Of a DNA stretch of 35,614 nucleotides, positions 1 through 6,633 are shown piece by piece. Position numbers and translations under genes: made by a program. The first letter of the stretch is position 1. Each line of letters begins with the position of its first letter. Source of the DNA: a virus; IMG/VR virus record IMGVR_UViG_3300048064_000264. One strand, 5' to 3'. The notes under the pieces were generated by a model. That model was not told the DNA's origin. It saw nothing but the letters and a program-made list of their open reading frames with translations, and ran no database searches.

Positions 1-125
1 AAACTCTCCTTCCATAAGTCATAAGCAGTGTCATCACACTGAGCAGTTTCCATAGATAAAGCTTCTTCTATTGCCATAAAGTATTCGTTTTCCACAAAAG
101 CTCTTACATATTTTGGAAGTTCTTT
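1..125. repeat. Terminal direct repeat, copy 1 (identical to 35490..35614)
   Basis: Bases 1-125 recur exactly as the last 125 bases of the window. The repeat lies inside a coding frame. Confidence 0.95.
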
Positions 126-278
126 TTGCTGTTTAGTAACGTAGTTGCTCCAAAACATCTCTATGTTGTCAGGGTGGCCATCTCTGTCCACGTCAGCGTA
201 AATTTCAATTTTAAACTCGTCACCGAAGCCACCTTTGCTTCTAATGTCAACGGTTAATTCAGTTGATATATTACTCAT
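1..278 (-). CDS. Small early protein, 93 aa when read across the circular junction. The 3' end is cut by the window edge.
   Basis: ATG at 278 sits inside AAAAATGAGTAA, overlapping the upstream stop. The frame is open to base 1 and closes at TAA 35486..35488 in the right-hand copy. Confidence 0.55.
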   Translation of the reverse strand, partial: MSNISTELTVDIRSKGGFGDEFKIEIYADVDRDGHPDNIEMFWSNYVTKQQKELPKYVRAFVENEYFMAIEEALSMETAQCDDTAYDLWKES

Positions 279-429
279 TTTTAAAATCCTTTCTTGGTAC
301 ATAACCGAGTTCTTTGAGGTAATACTCACGCCTTACAAGGCTTTCCCTAACCCATCGCTCTATAACTTCTGGAGCCTCGTTTGGGTGGTCTATTCTAAGT
401 TCTTTTCTTATTTGTTCTTCTATGTTCAT
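271..429 (-). CDS. Small early protein, 52 aa (MNIEEQIRKEL...)
   Basis: Hand-translated ORF below the track cutoff. It is preceded by the conserved leader AAGCAAAAAAGAGGATTTATAAAATG and a promoter cassette. Confidence 0.55.
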   Translation of the reverse strand: MNIEEQIRKELRIDHPNEAPEVIERWVRESLVRREYYLKELGYVPRKDFKNE

Positions 430-460
430 TTTATAAATCCTCTTTTTTGCTTATATGTAA

Positions 461-489
461 GGTATAATATATAAAAATGTAAATGTAAA
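461..489 (-). promoter_or_regulatory. Early promoter cassette (TTTACA-17-TATACC)
   Basis: Minus strand reads TTTACA, 17 nt, TATACC, then the conserved leader TTACATATAAGCAAAAAAGAGGA. Confidence 0.5.
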
Positions 490-504
490 TAGTTTTTTTT
501 GTAA

Positions 505-1518
505 TTATGCTATTTTTTTTGTAGGTGTCCAATACTGCTTTTTAAAGCCAAATGCGGGGTGGCCTGCCCAATACCCTTCTATCCATGTGCGCCACTGGCC
601 ATCCCTTAAAACAGATTTAGGGTGATGTTGTTCGGCTCTTTTCCAATGGCCTTTATTAAAGTGTAGCGGCATTTTGTGAAAAGTTTCATCAAAAGGTTCT
701 CTAGCATTAACAGGTTTATCAACGTTCCAAGAAACTCTATGCCAAGCATCTACAGCGAACCCCATGCCCCTATTCAACCCCCTGCGCCGTTGTCGGTTGC
801 CTGAGGGCGTGGTTTTAACAAACCGTGGCTTGTTAATCACTTTAAGAAAAGAAGCAACATGTCTAAGCCATGTAGAGTCTGCATCCCGCGCCTCTTGTGT
901 TTGGTTTTTAAAAGTTTCTAAATCGTGGCTAAATGTAAAAACATCTATTTTGCAATCGCAATCCTCTTGGGGGCAAGCAGTCTGAAAACACTCTATTCCC
1001 CCCATTGGGTGCGGCATGGTGTTGGGGCTGAGCCAACAAGATAAAGCCACAAAATTTTTATAAAAAAGTTCTGGGTATTCTACTTCTTCGTCATCATTAT
1101 GTTCAACATAACCCACAACAGGTTTATTATTTTTTACTGCCGCCGTTTCCATAATAATTTCGCCATTTACTTTTTTAGTCATGGGCATCAGTAATATCAA
1201 ATTATCTTGTTTATTTTCTAAAACAGAATTTACTTCGTGTTGACCCCTATGGCTTACTTTAGTTTCAACATCTACAAAAAGCCCTATAGCGGGTGCAGGC
1301 AAAATAGTGTCTATAGAAGGTGGTATGCTAAAGTCTGCGCCGTATTCTGCAAGGCTTGCTTCGTAGGTATATTCTGATATTCCCCTGCAATCATAAAAGT
1401 GAACGTTTCTAAGAAGTTTTCCTATTTGTGGCACTGTTACTGAAGAAGTACCAATTTGCACATCAGGCCAAGCATCGTAATATTTAGCTAATTGTTCAAC
1501 GTATTTCATCATTTCCAT
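505..1518 (-). CDS. Hypothetical early protein, 337 aa, no recognisable domain
   Basis: Long ORF with a GGGAGA RBS upstream. It has a Cys cluster (CFQTACPQEDCDC) and a His/Trp/Arg-rich basic C-terminus. Confidence 0.8.
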   Translation of the reverse strand: MEMMKYVEQLAKYYDAWPDVQIGTSSVTVPQIGKLLRNVHFYDCRGISEYTYEASLAEYGADFSIPPSIDTILPAPAIGLFVDVETKVSHRGQHEVNSVLENKQDNLILLMPMTKKVNGEIIMETAAVKNNKPVVGYVEHNDDEEVEYPELFYKNFVALSCWLSPNTMPHPMGGIECFQTACPQEDCDCKIDVFTFSHDLETFKNQTQEARDADSTWLRHVASFLKVINKPRFVKTTPSGNRQRRRGLNRGMGFAVDAWHRVSWNVDKPVNAREPFDETFHKMPLHFNKGHWKRAEQHHPKSVLRDGQWRTWIEGYWAGHPAFGFKKQYWTPTKKIA

Positions 1519-1534
1519 AATATTTCTCCCTAAA

Positions 1535-1563
1535 TTTATACAGTAAAAACAGGCACTTAGCCA
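1535..1563 (-). promoter_or_regulatory. Candidate promoter (TGGCTA-17-TATAAA)
   Basis: Sigma70-like spacing on the minus strand, just downstream of hairpin 1572..1587 and upstream of the RBS of the 505..1518 gene. Confidence 0.35.
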
Positions 1564-1571
1564 GGAAGTTT

Positions 1572-1587
1572 GGGGGGTTTCCCCCCC
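1572..1587 (-). other. Intercistronic G7-N3-C6 hairpin (read on the minus strand)
   Basis: Plus strand is GGGGGGTTTCCCCCCC. It starts 7 nt after the stop of the 1595..2422 gene. No U-tract follows in the minus orientation. Confidence 0.6.
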
Positions 1588-1594
1588 TTTCTTC

Positions 1595-2422
1595 TTATAA
1601 AGTCTCCCATACTTTTGTATTTAGTAACTGGCCAACTGCTCTTTCTCTTTCGCGAGTTACATTGTGCGGCCTTTTAGTGTCTGTTGTGTGGGTTGCCCAA
1701 TGCGTCATGCAGTTGTAAACCGCCCATTTGTTTTGGCCTAAGTGTTTAAACTCTTGGTGTAGTTGCCCCATAAGGTTTTCTAGTTGTTTTTTATTATGGG
1801 TTTCTTCAGTAGTTTTAGAGTTAATTTTAACTAAGCGTTTGCGAAACAGGTTTTCTACTTCTTCCTTTTCCACTTTGGTTTTCATCCAAGCTTGCCATTG
1901 TTCTTTTTGGTTCCAAAATGTTTCCACACCTAGTTTAATTTTTTGCTCTATGCCTTCTACTGAAATGCTGTTGGTGTGTCGTTGCCATATAGCGGTAACG
2001 CTGTCAGGTGTAACGCAACCATTTTTGCACCATAGTCTAAAAGCATCGGCAACTGTTTGATATGCCCAATGTCCGTCATAAGAGTTAAAGCCTTTTACTC
2101 TAAACATTACATGGTCACCAACTTCTGGCTCAGTAACAAGGTTATTAAACTTAATATCTATCTCAAGCTTTTTACCCTGCTCGTGGCAATAAACATTAAA
2201 GTCATAATCACTTGATATATTAACAGCCCTTAGAGCGTCTTCAGTGGCCTGCACTACGTCAGCGTGTGGCAGTACCTTATAGCTTGCCTTGTGAACGTGT
2301 AGGTGTTCGCCAGTGTCTTCGCGTACTAACAGCTTCCAACCATCCACAGGTGTTGTCATACCTTGTGGTATTAGTGGCAGTTCCAAAATGTTAAAATCAT
2401 AATCGTTTGTAAAATCTAGCAT
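1595..2422 (-). CDS. DUF932 (DUF945) family phage/plasmid-like protein
   Basis: Size of 275 aa and the GFNSYDGHWAYQ motif resemble the NSHDGS signature of DUF932. AGGAGA RBS upstream. Confidence 0.55.
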   Translation of the reverse strand: MLDFTNDYDFNILELPLIPQGMTTPVDGWKLLVREDTGEHLHVHKASYKVLPHADVVQATEDALRAVNISSDYDFNVYCHEQGKKLEIDIKFNNLVTEPEVGDHVMFRVKGFNSYDGHWAYQTVADAFRLWCKNGCVTPDSVTAIWQRHTNSISVEGIEQKIKLGVETFWNQKEQWQAWMKTKVEKEEVENLFRKRLVKINSKTTEETHNKKQLENLMGQLHQEFKHLGQNKWAVYNCMTHWATHTTDTKRPHNVTRERERAVGQLLNTKVWETL

Positions 2423-2447
2423 ATATATCTCCTTTATTGCTACGTCA

Positions 2448-2476
2448 GTTATAAATTAAAAATTTGTAAGTGTAAA
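2448..2476 (-). promoter_or_regulatory. Early promoter cassette (TTTACA-17-TATAAC)
   Basis: Minus strand reads TTTACA CTTACAAATTTTTAATT TATAAC, then the leader GTAGCAATAAAGGAGA. Confidence 0.5.
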
Positions 2477-2520
2477 CTCCTTTTTTTGTAAATTATTAAT
2501 TTATTTTGTAAGGGGGGCTG

Positions 2521-2880
2521 TTAAGCCCCTGCCTTTTTTATATGAGAGTACAACTGTGCTTGTTTTGTAGCAAAGTATTTACCGCCTGCCACTATGTCGG
2601 GGTCATCATCCCAATGGCCTTCGCGGTAGTCTATGTCTGCGCGATTATCTAAATCGCCTGCAAACAGTTTTAGCACTTCGATGTCAACCAATGTGCTTTT
2701 CTTAATTTTGCCATGCAACCAAGCTTGCAGAAAATCACGGTAGTCGTGCATTAACTGGAGTGGCTCAATATTATCAGCGGCCTCCCAAAATTGTTCTACC
2801 TCTGTGCCAGTGTAATATTTCTGGCCAGTTAGAGATATGCCAAAAGTAATTGGGTTTTTAGTGCGCGGTGAATAAGCCAT
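2521..2880 (-). CDS. Hypothetical early protein, 119 aa
   Basis: ORF with an AAGGAG RBS 7 nt upstream of the ATG. Confidence 0.7.
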   Translation of the reverse strand: MAYSPRTKNPITFGISLTGQKYYTGTEVEQFWEAADNIEPLQLMHDYRDFLQAWLHGKIKKSTLVDIEVLKLFAGDLDNRADIDYREGHWDDDPDIVAGGKYFATKQAQLYSHIKKAGA

Positions 2881-2895
2881 GTGAGGCTCCTTTCT

Positions 2896-2911
2896 GGGGG
2901 GTTGCCCCCCC
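2896..2911 (-). other. Intercistronic G7-N3-C6 hairpin (read on the minus strand)
   Basis: Plus strand is GGGGGGTTGCCCCCCC. It starts 7 nt after the stop of the 2919..3068 gene and lies directly before the RBS of the 2521..2880 gene. Confidence 0.6.
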
Positions 2912-2918
2912 GCTAGGG

Positions 2919-3068
2919 TTAAAATTGTTGAATTGCGAAACCTTGGTCTCTGATAAATTGTTGCGCTTCCTCAAGTGTGTCAAAATTATAAAGCCAACCT
3001 CTGTAAGAAACTCTAAAACCGCATCCTACTTCTCTCTCATCGTAAATTTCGTATCCGTTGTATGTCAT
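2919..3068 (-). CDS. Small early protein, 49 aa (MTYNGYEIYDE...)
   Basis: Hand-translated ORF preceded by the conserved leader ATAAGCAAAAAAGGATAAATTAAAATG. Confidence 0.5.
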   Translation of the reverse strand: MTYNGYEIYDEREVGCGFRVSYRGWLYNFDTLEEAQQFIRDQGFAIQQF

Positions 3069-3098
3069 TTTAATTTATCCTTTTTTGCTTATACGTTA

Positions 3099-3127
3099 AT
3101 GATAGCATAACTTTTTGTAAGAGTCCA
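3099..3127 (-). promoter_or_regulatory. Early promoter cassette, degenerate copy (TGGACT-17-TATCAT)
   Basis: Aligned to the other cassettes through the shared CTTACAAA after the -35 and TAACGTATAAGC after the -10. Confidence 0.4.
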
Positions 3128-3173
3128 GACCTATTTTTGTAAAGTTACGTTACGTTATTTACAATTTTTGGAG

Positions 3174-3202
3174 TGGACATTTACAAATAAGTGTGCTATT
3201 GT
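3174..3202 (+). promoter_or_regulatory. Early promoter cassette on the plus strand (TGGACA-17-TATTGT)
   Basis: Followed by TTACATATAAGTTAAAAAAAGGAAAAATAAAATG, the same leader type as the minus-strand copies. Confidence 0.45.
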
Positions 3203-3233
3203 TTACATATAAGTTAAAAAAAGGAAAAATAAA

Positions 3234-3482
3234 ATGGCGAAAATTAATGCAAAAATAAATATGGAATGTTTGGACGTAACATTTTTAAAAAAGCAAATTA
3301 AAGTTTTAAAGGAAGTTACAAGACAGCAAAGCAAAATTGAAGGATATGAAGAAGTTTCAACAGCAAGATGCCATAACGATAAAATTGACGCTTTAGTTGG
3401 ACTTGAAATTATGTGCGAAAACATACTTGAACAATGCGGTGAAACGCCAACGAATGTTTCAGTAGAATTTTTTGCAAGTTAA
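3234..3482 (+). CDS. Hypothetical protein, 82 aa, plus-strand island within the leftward early arm
   Basis: ORF with its own promoter cassette upstream and a hairpin downstream. Confidence 0.6.
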   Translation: MAKINAKINMECLDVTFLKKQIKVLKEVTRQQSKIEGYEEVSTARCHNDKIDALVGLEIMCENILEQCGETPTNVSVEFFAS

Positions 3483-3489
3483 AAATAGT

Positions 3490-3507
3490 TAGCCCCTTCG
3501 GGGGCTA
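3490..3507 (+). terminator. Stem-loop TAGCCCC-TTCG-GGGGCTA
   Basis: Perfect 7-bp stem with a TTCG loop, 8 nt after the stop at 3482. The downstream T-tract is weak (TCTGCTATTCTT). Confidence 0.5.
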
Positions 3508-3525
3508 TCTGCTATTCTTATCTTT

Positions 3526-3960
3526 ATGGAGTTAATAAAGGTTGAAATAGAAGTGTCAGGGCAACCTCAGGGCAAGGGGCGGCCTCGTTTTACTCGAAAC
3601 GGTCATGCCTACACGCCAGAAAAGACACGCGATTATGAAACAAGAATACACGCCGCTTCATGGAAAAAAATGCGTGAATTAAAATTAGACCCTACAGCAA
3701 AATTTTGCCATGTTGAAATTATAGCATTTATGGATATTCCTAAATCATGGCCTAAAGTAAAAAGAATGGAAGCAGAATACGGTGCTATTCTTCCAACAGC
3801 TAAACCAGACATAGATAACATTATTAAATCTGCTTTAGACGGTATAGAGGGCGTTGTCTACTACAGCGATAACCAAGTCACTAGTGTCAATGCCAAGAAA
3901 GTTTACTGCCACCCAGAGCGTGGTCCAGTGCTTTATATGGCTATATCTTGGACAATATAA
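3526..3960 (+). CDS. rusA: RusA-family Holliday junction resolvase
   Basis: N-terminal GQPQGKGRPRF and the KPDIDNIIKSALDGIEGVVYYSDNQV motif are typical of the RusA family. Confidence 0.8.
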   Translation: MELIKVEIEVSGQPQGKGRPRFTRNGHAYTPEKTRDYETRIHAASWKKMRELKLDPTAKFCHVEIIAFMDIPKSWPKVKRMEAEYGAILPTAKPDIDNIIKSALDGIEGVVYYSDNQVTSVNAKKVYCHPERGPVLYMAISWTI

Positions 3961-4265
3961 GACCAATCAGCACCATATTTTTTGCGCCATGCCTTTTTAT
4001 TATCATGAATTGCTAATTTAGATTTATCCCACAACCCTTGATGGTGGCCTTCACAAAGCGGTATTGCATCGTAATCGCTTGCTTTTTTAGTGCTGAATCT
4101 ATCGTGAAAAGGGTGGTGCGCCGTTGTTGGGCTGTATTGCACCTCCCCAAATTTTTTGCAAACGCAACAAGGCATTTGTCTAATCTTATTTAAGTATTTG
4201 TTATTATTGCGTTTTTTCGCCTGGGATTTTAACCCTAAAGGCGGTCTATTTGCTAGGTTGGTCAA
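3933..4265 (-). CDS. DUF968/Ref-like HNH-type nuclease
   Basis: Pattern CCVC...AHHPF...PLCEGHHQG. Its 3' end overlaps the convergent rusA by 28 nt. Confidence 0.6.
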   Translation of the reverse strand: MTNLANRPPLGLKSQAKKRNNNKYLNKIRQMPCCVCKKFGEVQYSPTTAHHPFHDRFSTKKASDYDAIPLCEGHHQGLWDKSKLAIHDNKKAWRKKYGADWSYIVQDIAI

Positions 4266-4653
4266 GTGGGTCGTATCCTATTGCTTCAGATAGTTTTTCC
4301 ATAGCCAGTTCAAAGTAATCATTAAACTCTTTTTGGCTCATGTCATCAAAAGAAATACTATCCATAATACGCATATGTGCGCTTGCTAAACTGTTCCAAC
4401 GCATTTTAACGTAACCGCAAGCCCACTTTAGTTCGCTATGTAAGTGTTGTTCTGTCGGCCATCTGTTTGTAGCCTCGCAAACATTTTTAAGTGTAGCCCA
4501 ATATAAATTATGATGTGGGTTGGAGCGTTTACCTGTTGGTTGTAAATTAAAAACTTGACCTTCTTTGTATTCTTCAATTTTTTTAGCATCGTATTCAGTA
4601 GAGGGCATAAACTGCCCCCCACTTTTAATTACTTGTAAATTTAATTTGGCCAT
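4246..4653 (-). CDS. NinB/Orf-like (DUF1367-like) recombination mediator
   Basis: RSNPHHNLYWATLKNVCE resembles the RSxxQNxxxWAxLxxV motif of lambda NinB. It sits within a recombination gene cluster. Confidence 0.5.
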   Translation of the reverse strand: MAKLNLQVIKSGGQFMPSTEYDAKKIEEYKEGQVFNLQPTGKRSNPHHNLYWATLKNVCEATNRWPTEQHLHSELKWACGYVKMRWNSLASAHMRIMDSISFDDMSQKEFNDYFELAMEKLSEAIGYDPLDQPSK

Positions 4654-4871
4654 AATTCTTTATTCTGGTCTAATGAATATTGCGCCCAATGTTTTTTATT
4701 GTGCTTTATAATGTCAGTATGGATTGGCCACCCTTGCTCTTTTCTAAGCCTATGCACAACAGCCGCTAATCTAAAGCAACCAAATTGATTTAAAGCTTCT
4801 ATAGGCGTTATCGTTTGGCCTGATTTAAGCAACTGTAAAACATTGCCGTCTTGTGTTGTAATATCTTCCAT
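4641..4871 (-). CDS. Winged helix-turn-helix protein (HTH_39-like)
   Basis: The pattern ITPIEALNQFGCFRLAAVVHRLRKEQGWPI is typical of this small phage wHTH family. Confidence 0.55.
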   Translation of the reverse strand: MEDITTQDGNVLQLLKSGQTITPIEALNQFGCFRLAAVVHRLRKEQGWPIHTDIIKHNKKHWAQYSLDQNKELWPN

Positions 4872-4885
4872 AAGTTTACTCCTTC

Positions 4886-5251
4886 TTAAAATGGTATTTC
4901 ATCGTCAAAATCTTTGACTTCATTATTGCTTTCTATTTTTTGCCCTTCTGCTAGTCTTTTGGGTTCGTTGTTTTTACCTCCTAATAATTTAACTTCGGTT
5001 GCGTTTATAGATAAATACGTTTTGCCTTCGTATTCGTTTTTCTTTAAATCGCCTGTTATTGCCACAAGTTTACCTTTTAGCAAGTAAGGCGAAATGTTTG
5101 TTCTAAAGTAACGTGCGCCGAAAAATATTGTGCCTTTGTTTTCCCCATAGCCATCGTCAACGGCTATAGAGAATTTTACAAAAGAACTTTTTTCGTTTTC
5201 AACAACTTCGCAATCTTTAGTTAGATAGCCAACGGCAGTTATATTTTTCAT
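4886..5251 (-). CDS. ssb: Single-stranded DNA-binding protein
   Basis: OB-fold-like N-terminus and a C-terminal acidic tip DFDDEIPF, the canonical SSB tail. Confidence 0.85.
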   Translation of the reverse strand: MKNITAVGYLTKDCEVVENEKSSFVKFSIAVDDGYGENKGTIFFGARYFRTNISPYLLKGKLVAITGDLKKNEYEGKTYLSINATEVKLLGGKNNEPKRLAEGQKIESNNEVKDFDDEIPF

Positions 5252-5838
5252 GAGTACAACTCCGCTTTTCTTTTATCGTGCGCTTCCACAATTTTGGCGT
5301 ATTCATTTTCGCCTATACCAACAGAGTTAAGCATTTTTTCGTATCTTTTTTCTGCCGCTAGAAAGCGCTCTAAGTTGCATTCTTCGTAAAATAAAAGCAT
5401 TGCTTCAACACGCTCATCTAAACTTATACTTAAATTAGGTTCGCTGTTTTTTGGCTTTTCGTTTTTAAACTCGTCAGCTTCTTCTTCGCTGTAAACATCA
5501 CCACTTAACTCAAGCAACTTTAATATTACCCTGTCCTTGGCTCTTTTTTCTGCCATAGCATAGGGATATTTATTTGTTGTGTTGTAAGGTGCGGCCTCGC
5601 CTATCGACCAAGCTGTCGCATCACCTTTATGGCCTGTCACACAGATAGCAACGTGTTTGTCCTTTATATTGCTTTCTATAATAGTTGGTGCATCAAAAAC
5701 TATATTTTCTTTTATAGCTATTTTTTCTAATGCTTTGTGTAAAACCACTGGTGTACCGTGGCAATTCCAAGTGGCCTTACTTTCTGTTAAGCCAACTTTT
5801 TTAATTAATTCAATTAATCGTTCTGGTATTTTAGTCAT
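5248..5838 (-). CDS. Putative single-strand annealing protein (Erf/Rad52-like)
   Basis: YPYAMAEKRAKDRVILKLLELSG resembles the conserved C-terminal helix of Rad52-fold annealases. It lies directly upstream of ssb. I prefer the ATG at 5838, which overlaps the upstream stop in ATGACTAA, over the track start at 5883. Confidence 0.45.
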   Translation of the reverse strand: MTKIPERLIELIKKVGLTESKATWNCHGTPVVLHKALEKIAIKENIVFDAPTIIESNIKDKHVAICVTGHKGDATAWSIGEAAPYNTTNKYPYAMAEKRAKDRVILKLLELSGDVYSEEEADEFKNEKPKNSEPNLSISLDERVEAMLLFYEECNLERFLAAEKRYEKMLNSVGIGENEYAKIVEAHDKRKAELYS

Positions 5839-6025
5839 TTTGTCTTTCTTTCTCACAATTATTTCTAATAAATTTAAATTCATGATATAAAGCCCAAAAA
5901 GCGGTTTCTATATCCCTTACATCTGAAAGCCACAAATCGTGGCAATCAGCAATTTGGTTTGAAGTACTTCTTAAAGTTGTAAATGTTTTCCAAATAGTCT
6001 CCTTTTCTTTATTATTTAAAGGCAT
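5831..6025 (-). CDS. Hypothetical early protein, 64 aa
   Basis: ORF in operon context, overlapping both neighbours. Confidence 0.5.
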   Translation of the reverse strand: MPLNNKEKETIWKTFTTLRSTSNQIADCHDLWLSDVRDIETAFWALYHEFKFIRNNCEKERQND

Positions 6026-6242
6026 TGGCTAACCTTTCTAATTCGTTTTCTATTTTACCCATTTCGCTATTTGTATAATTGTCGTAGGCTTTATCTATAG
6101 CCGCCTCTACAACCTTATGCCAACCAGTTGGAAAATGCTCGTGCTTTGGAGCCTCGGATTCAGATAGCCTTTGTGTATATTCCCAAACAGCTTCTGTTAT
6201 AGCGTGTTTAACTGTAACAGGTGGGGGTCTTAGTTTTGTCAT
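6012..6242 (-). CDS. Hypothetical early protein, 76 aa, first gene of the leftward arm
   Basis: ATG at 6242 with an AAGGAG RBS upstream. The track start at 6269 would lie inside the promoter. Confidence 0.6.
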   Translation of the reverse strand: MTKLRPPPVTVKHAITEAVWEYTQRLSESEAPKHEHFPTGWHKVVEAAIDKAYDNYTNSEMGKIENELERLANAFK

Positions 6243-6267
6243 AATATTTCTCCTTTTTGCTAAAAAC

Positions 6268-6298
6268 ACTTTACAAACTATTTTTAACGTTGTAAAGG
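6268..6298. promoter_or_regulatory. Fully overlapping divergent promoter pair built on the inverted repeat CTTTACAA-N13-TTGTAAAG
   Basis: Plus strand: TTTACA (6270..6275), 17 nt, TAAAGG (6293..6298). Minus strand: TTTACA (6291..6296), 17 nt, TAAAGT (6268..6273). Confidence 0.5.
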
Positions 6299-6332
6299 AT
6301 AAAAATAATAAATGTAAACAAAAGAGGTTAAA

Positions 6333-6536
6333 ATGGATAACAAAGTAATTTTAAGTTTAGATGAAATAAGACATAAACTACGAGATAGGAACTTAACAAA
6401 GGTTGCAAAAAATGCTAACGTGTCAAGACCTGTTTTATATCAGATAATAAATAATGAAACTGACCCTAAATTTTCAACGGTAGAAAGGCTTTCTGATTAC
6501 TTACAAGAAGATTCCGTTACATGGGTTTCAACATAA
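6333..6536 (+). CDS. XRE/Cro-like helix-turn-helix transcriptional regulator
   Basis: LTKVAKNANVSRPVLYQIINNE is a classic HTH. It is the first gene of the rightward arm, with an AAGAGG RBS. Confidence 0.75.
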   Translation: MDNKVILSLDEIRHKLRDRNLTKVAKNANVSRPVLYQIINNETDPKFSTVERLSDYLQEDSVTWVST

Positions 6537-6541
6537 TTAAA

Positions 6542-6569
6542 CCCCCAGAGGATTTCACAACTCTGAGGG
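6542..6569 (+). other. Imperfect hairpin between the regulator and replication genes
   Basis: CCCCCAGAG-N10-CTCTGAGGG, 8 of 9 bases paired. No clear U-tract. Confidence 0.3.
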
Positions 6570-6633
6570 TTATAAGCAATAAAGAAGAAGTATTTTCACA
6601 ATACTCATAGATTACAAGGAGTAACCATAAGTA

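Noticed and set aside
1-125. Interpreting the 125-bp repeat as a genuine physical direct terminal repeat
   Set aside because: The repeat lies inside a coding frame in the middle of an operon and has no flanking packaging-signal features. Circular closure of a permuted genome is the simpler reading. It is kept as a low-interest finding because only read data can settle it.
235-474. 79-aa plus-strand ORF from the track
   Set aside because: It lies antisense to two well-supported minus-strand genes (1..278 and 271..429) that have a conserved leader and RBS. It has a TTG start, no RBS and low-complexity hydrophobic content.
6268-6536. Lysogeny module (CI/Cro plus integrase)
   Set aside because: Only a small Cro/XRE-like HTH is present. 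I found no S24-peptidase repressor, integrase, excisionase or att-like repeat, so temperate status cannot be supported.
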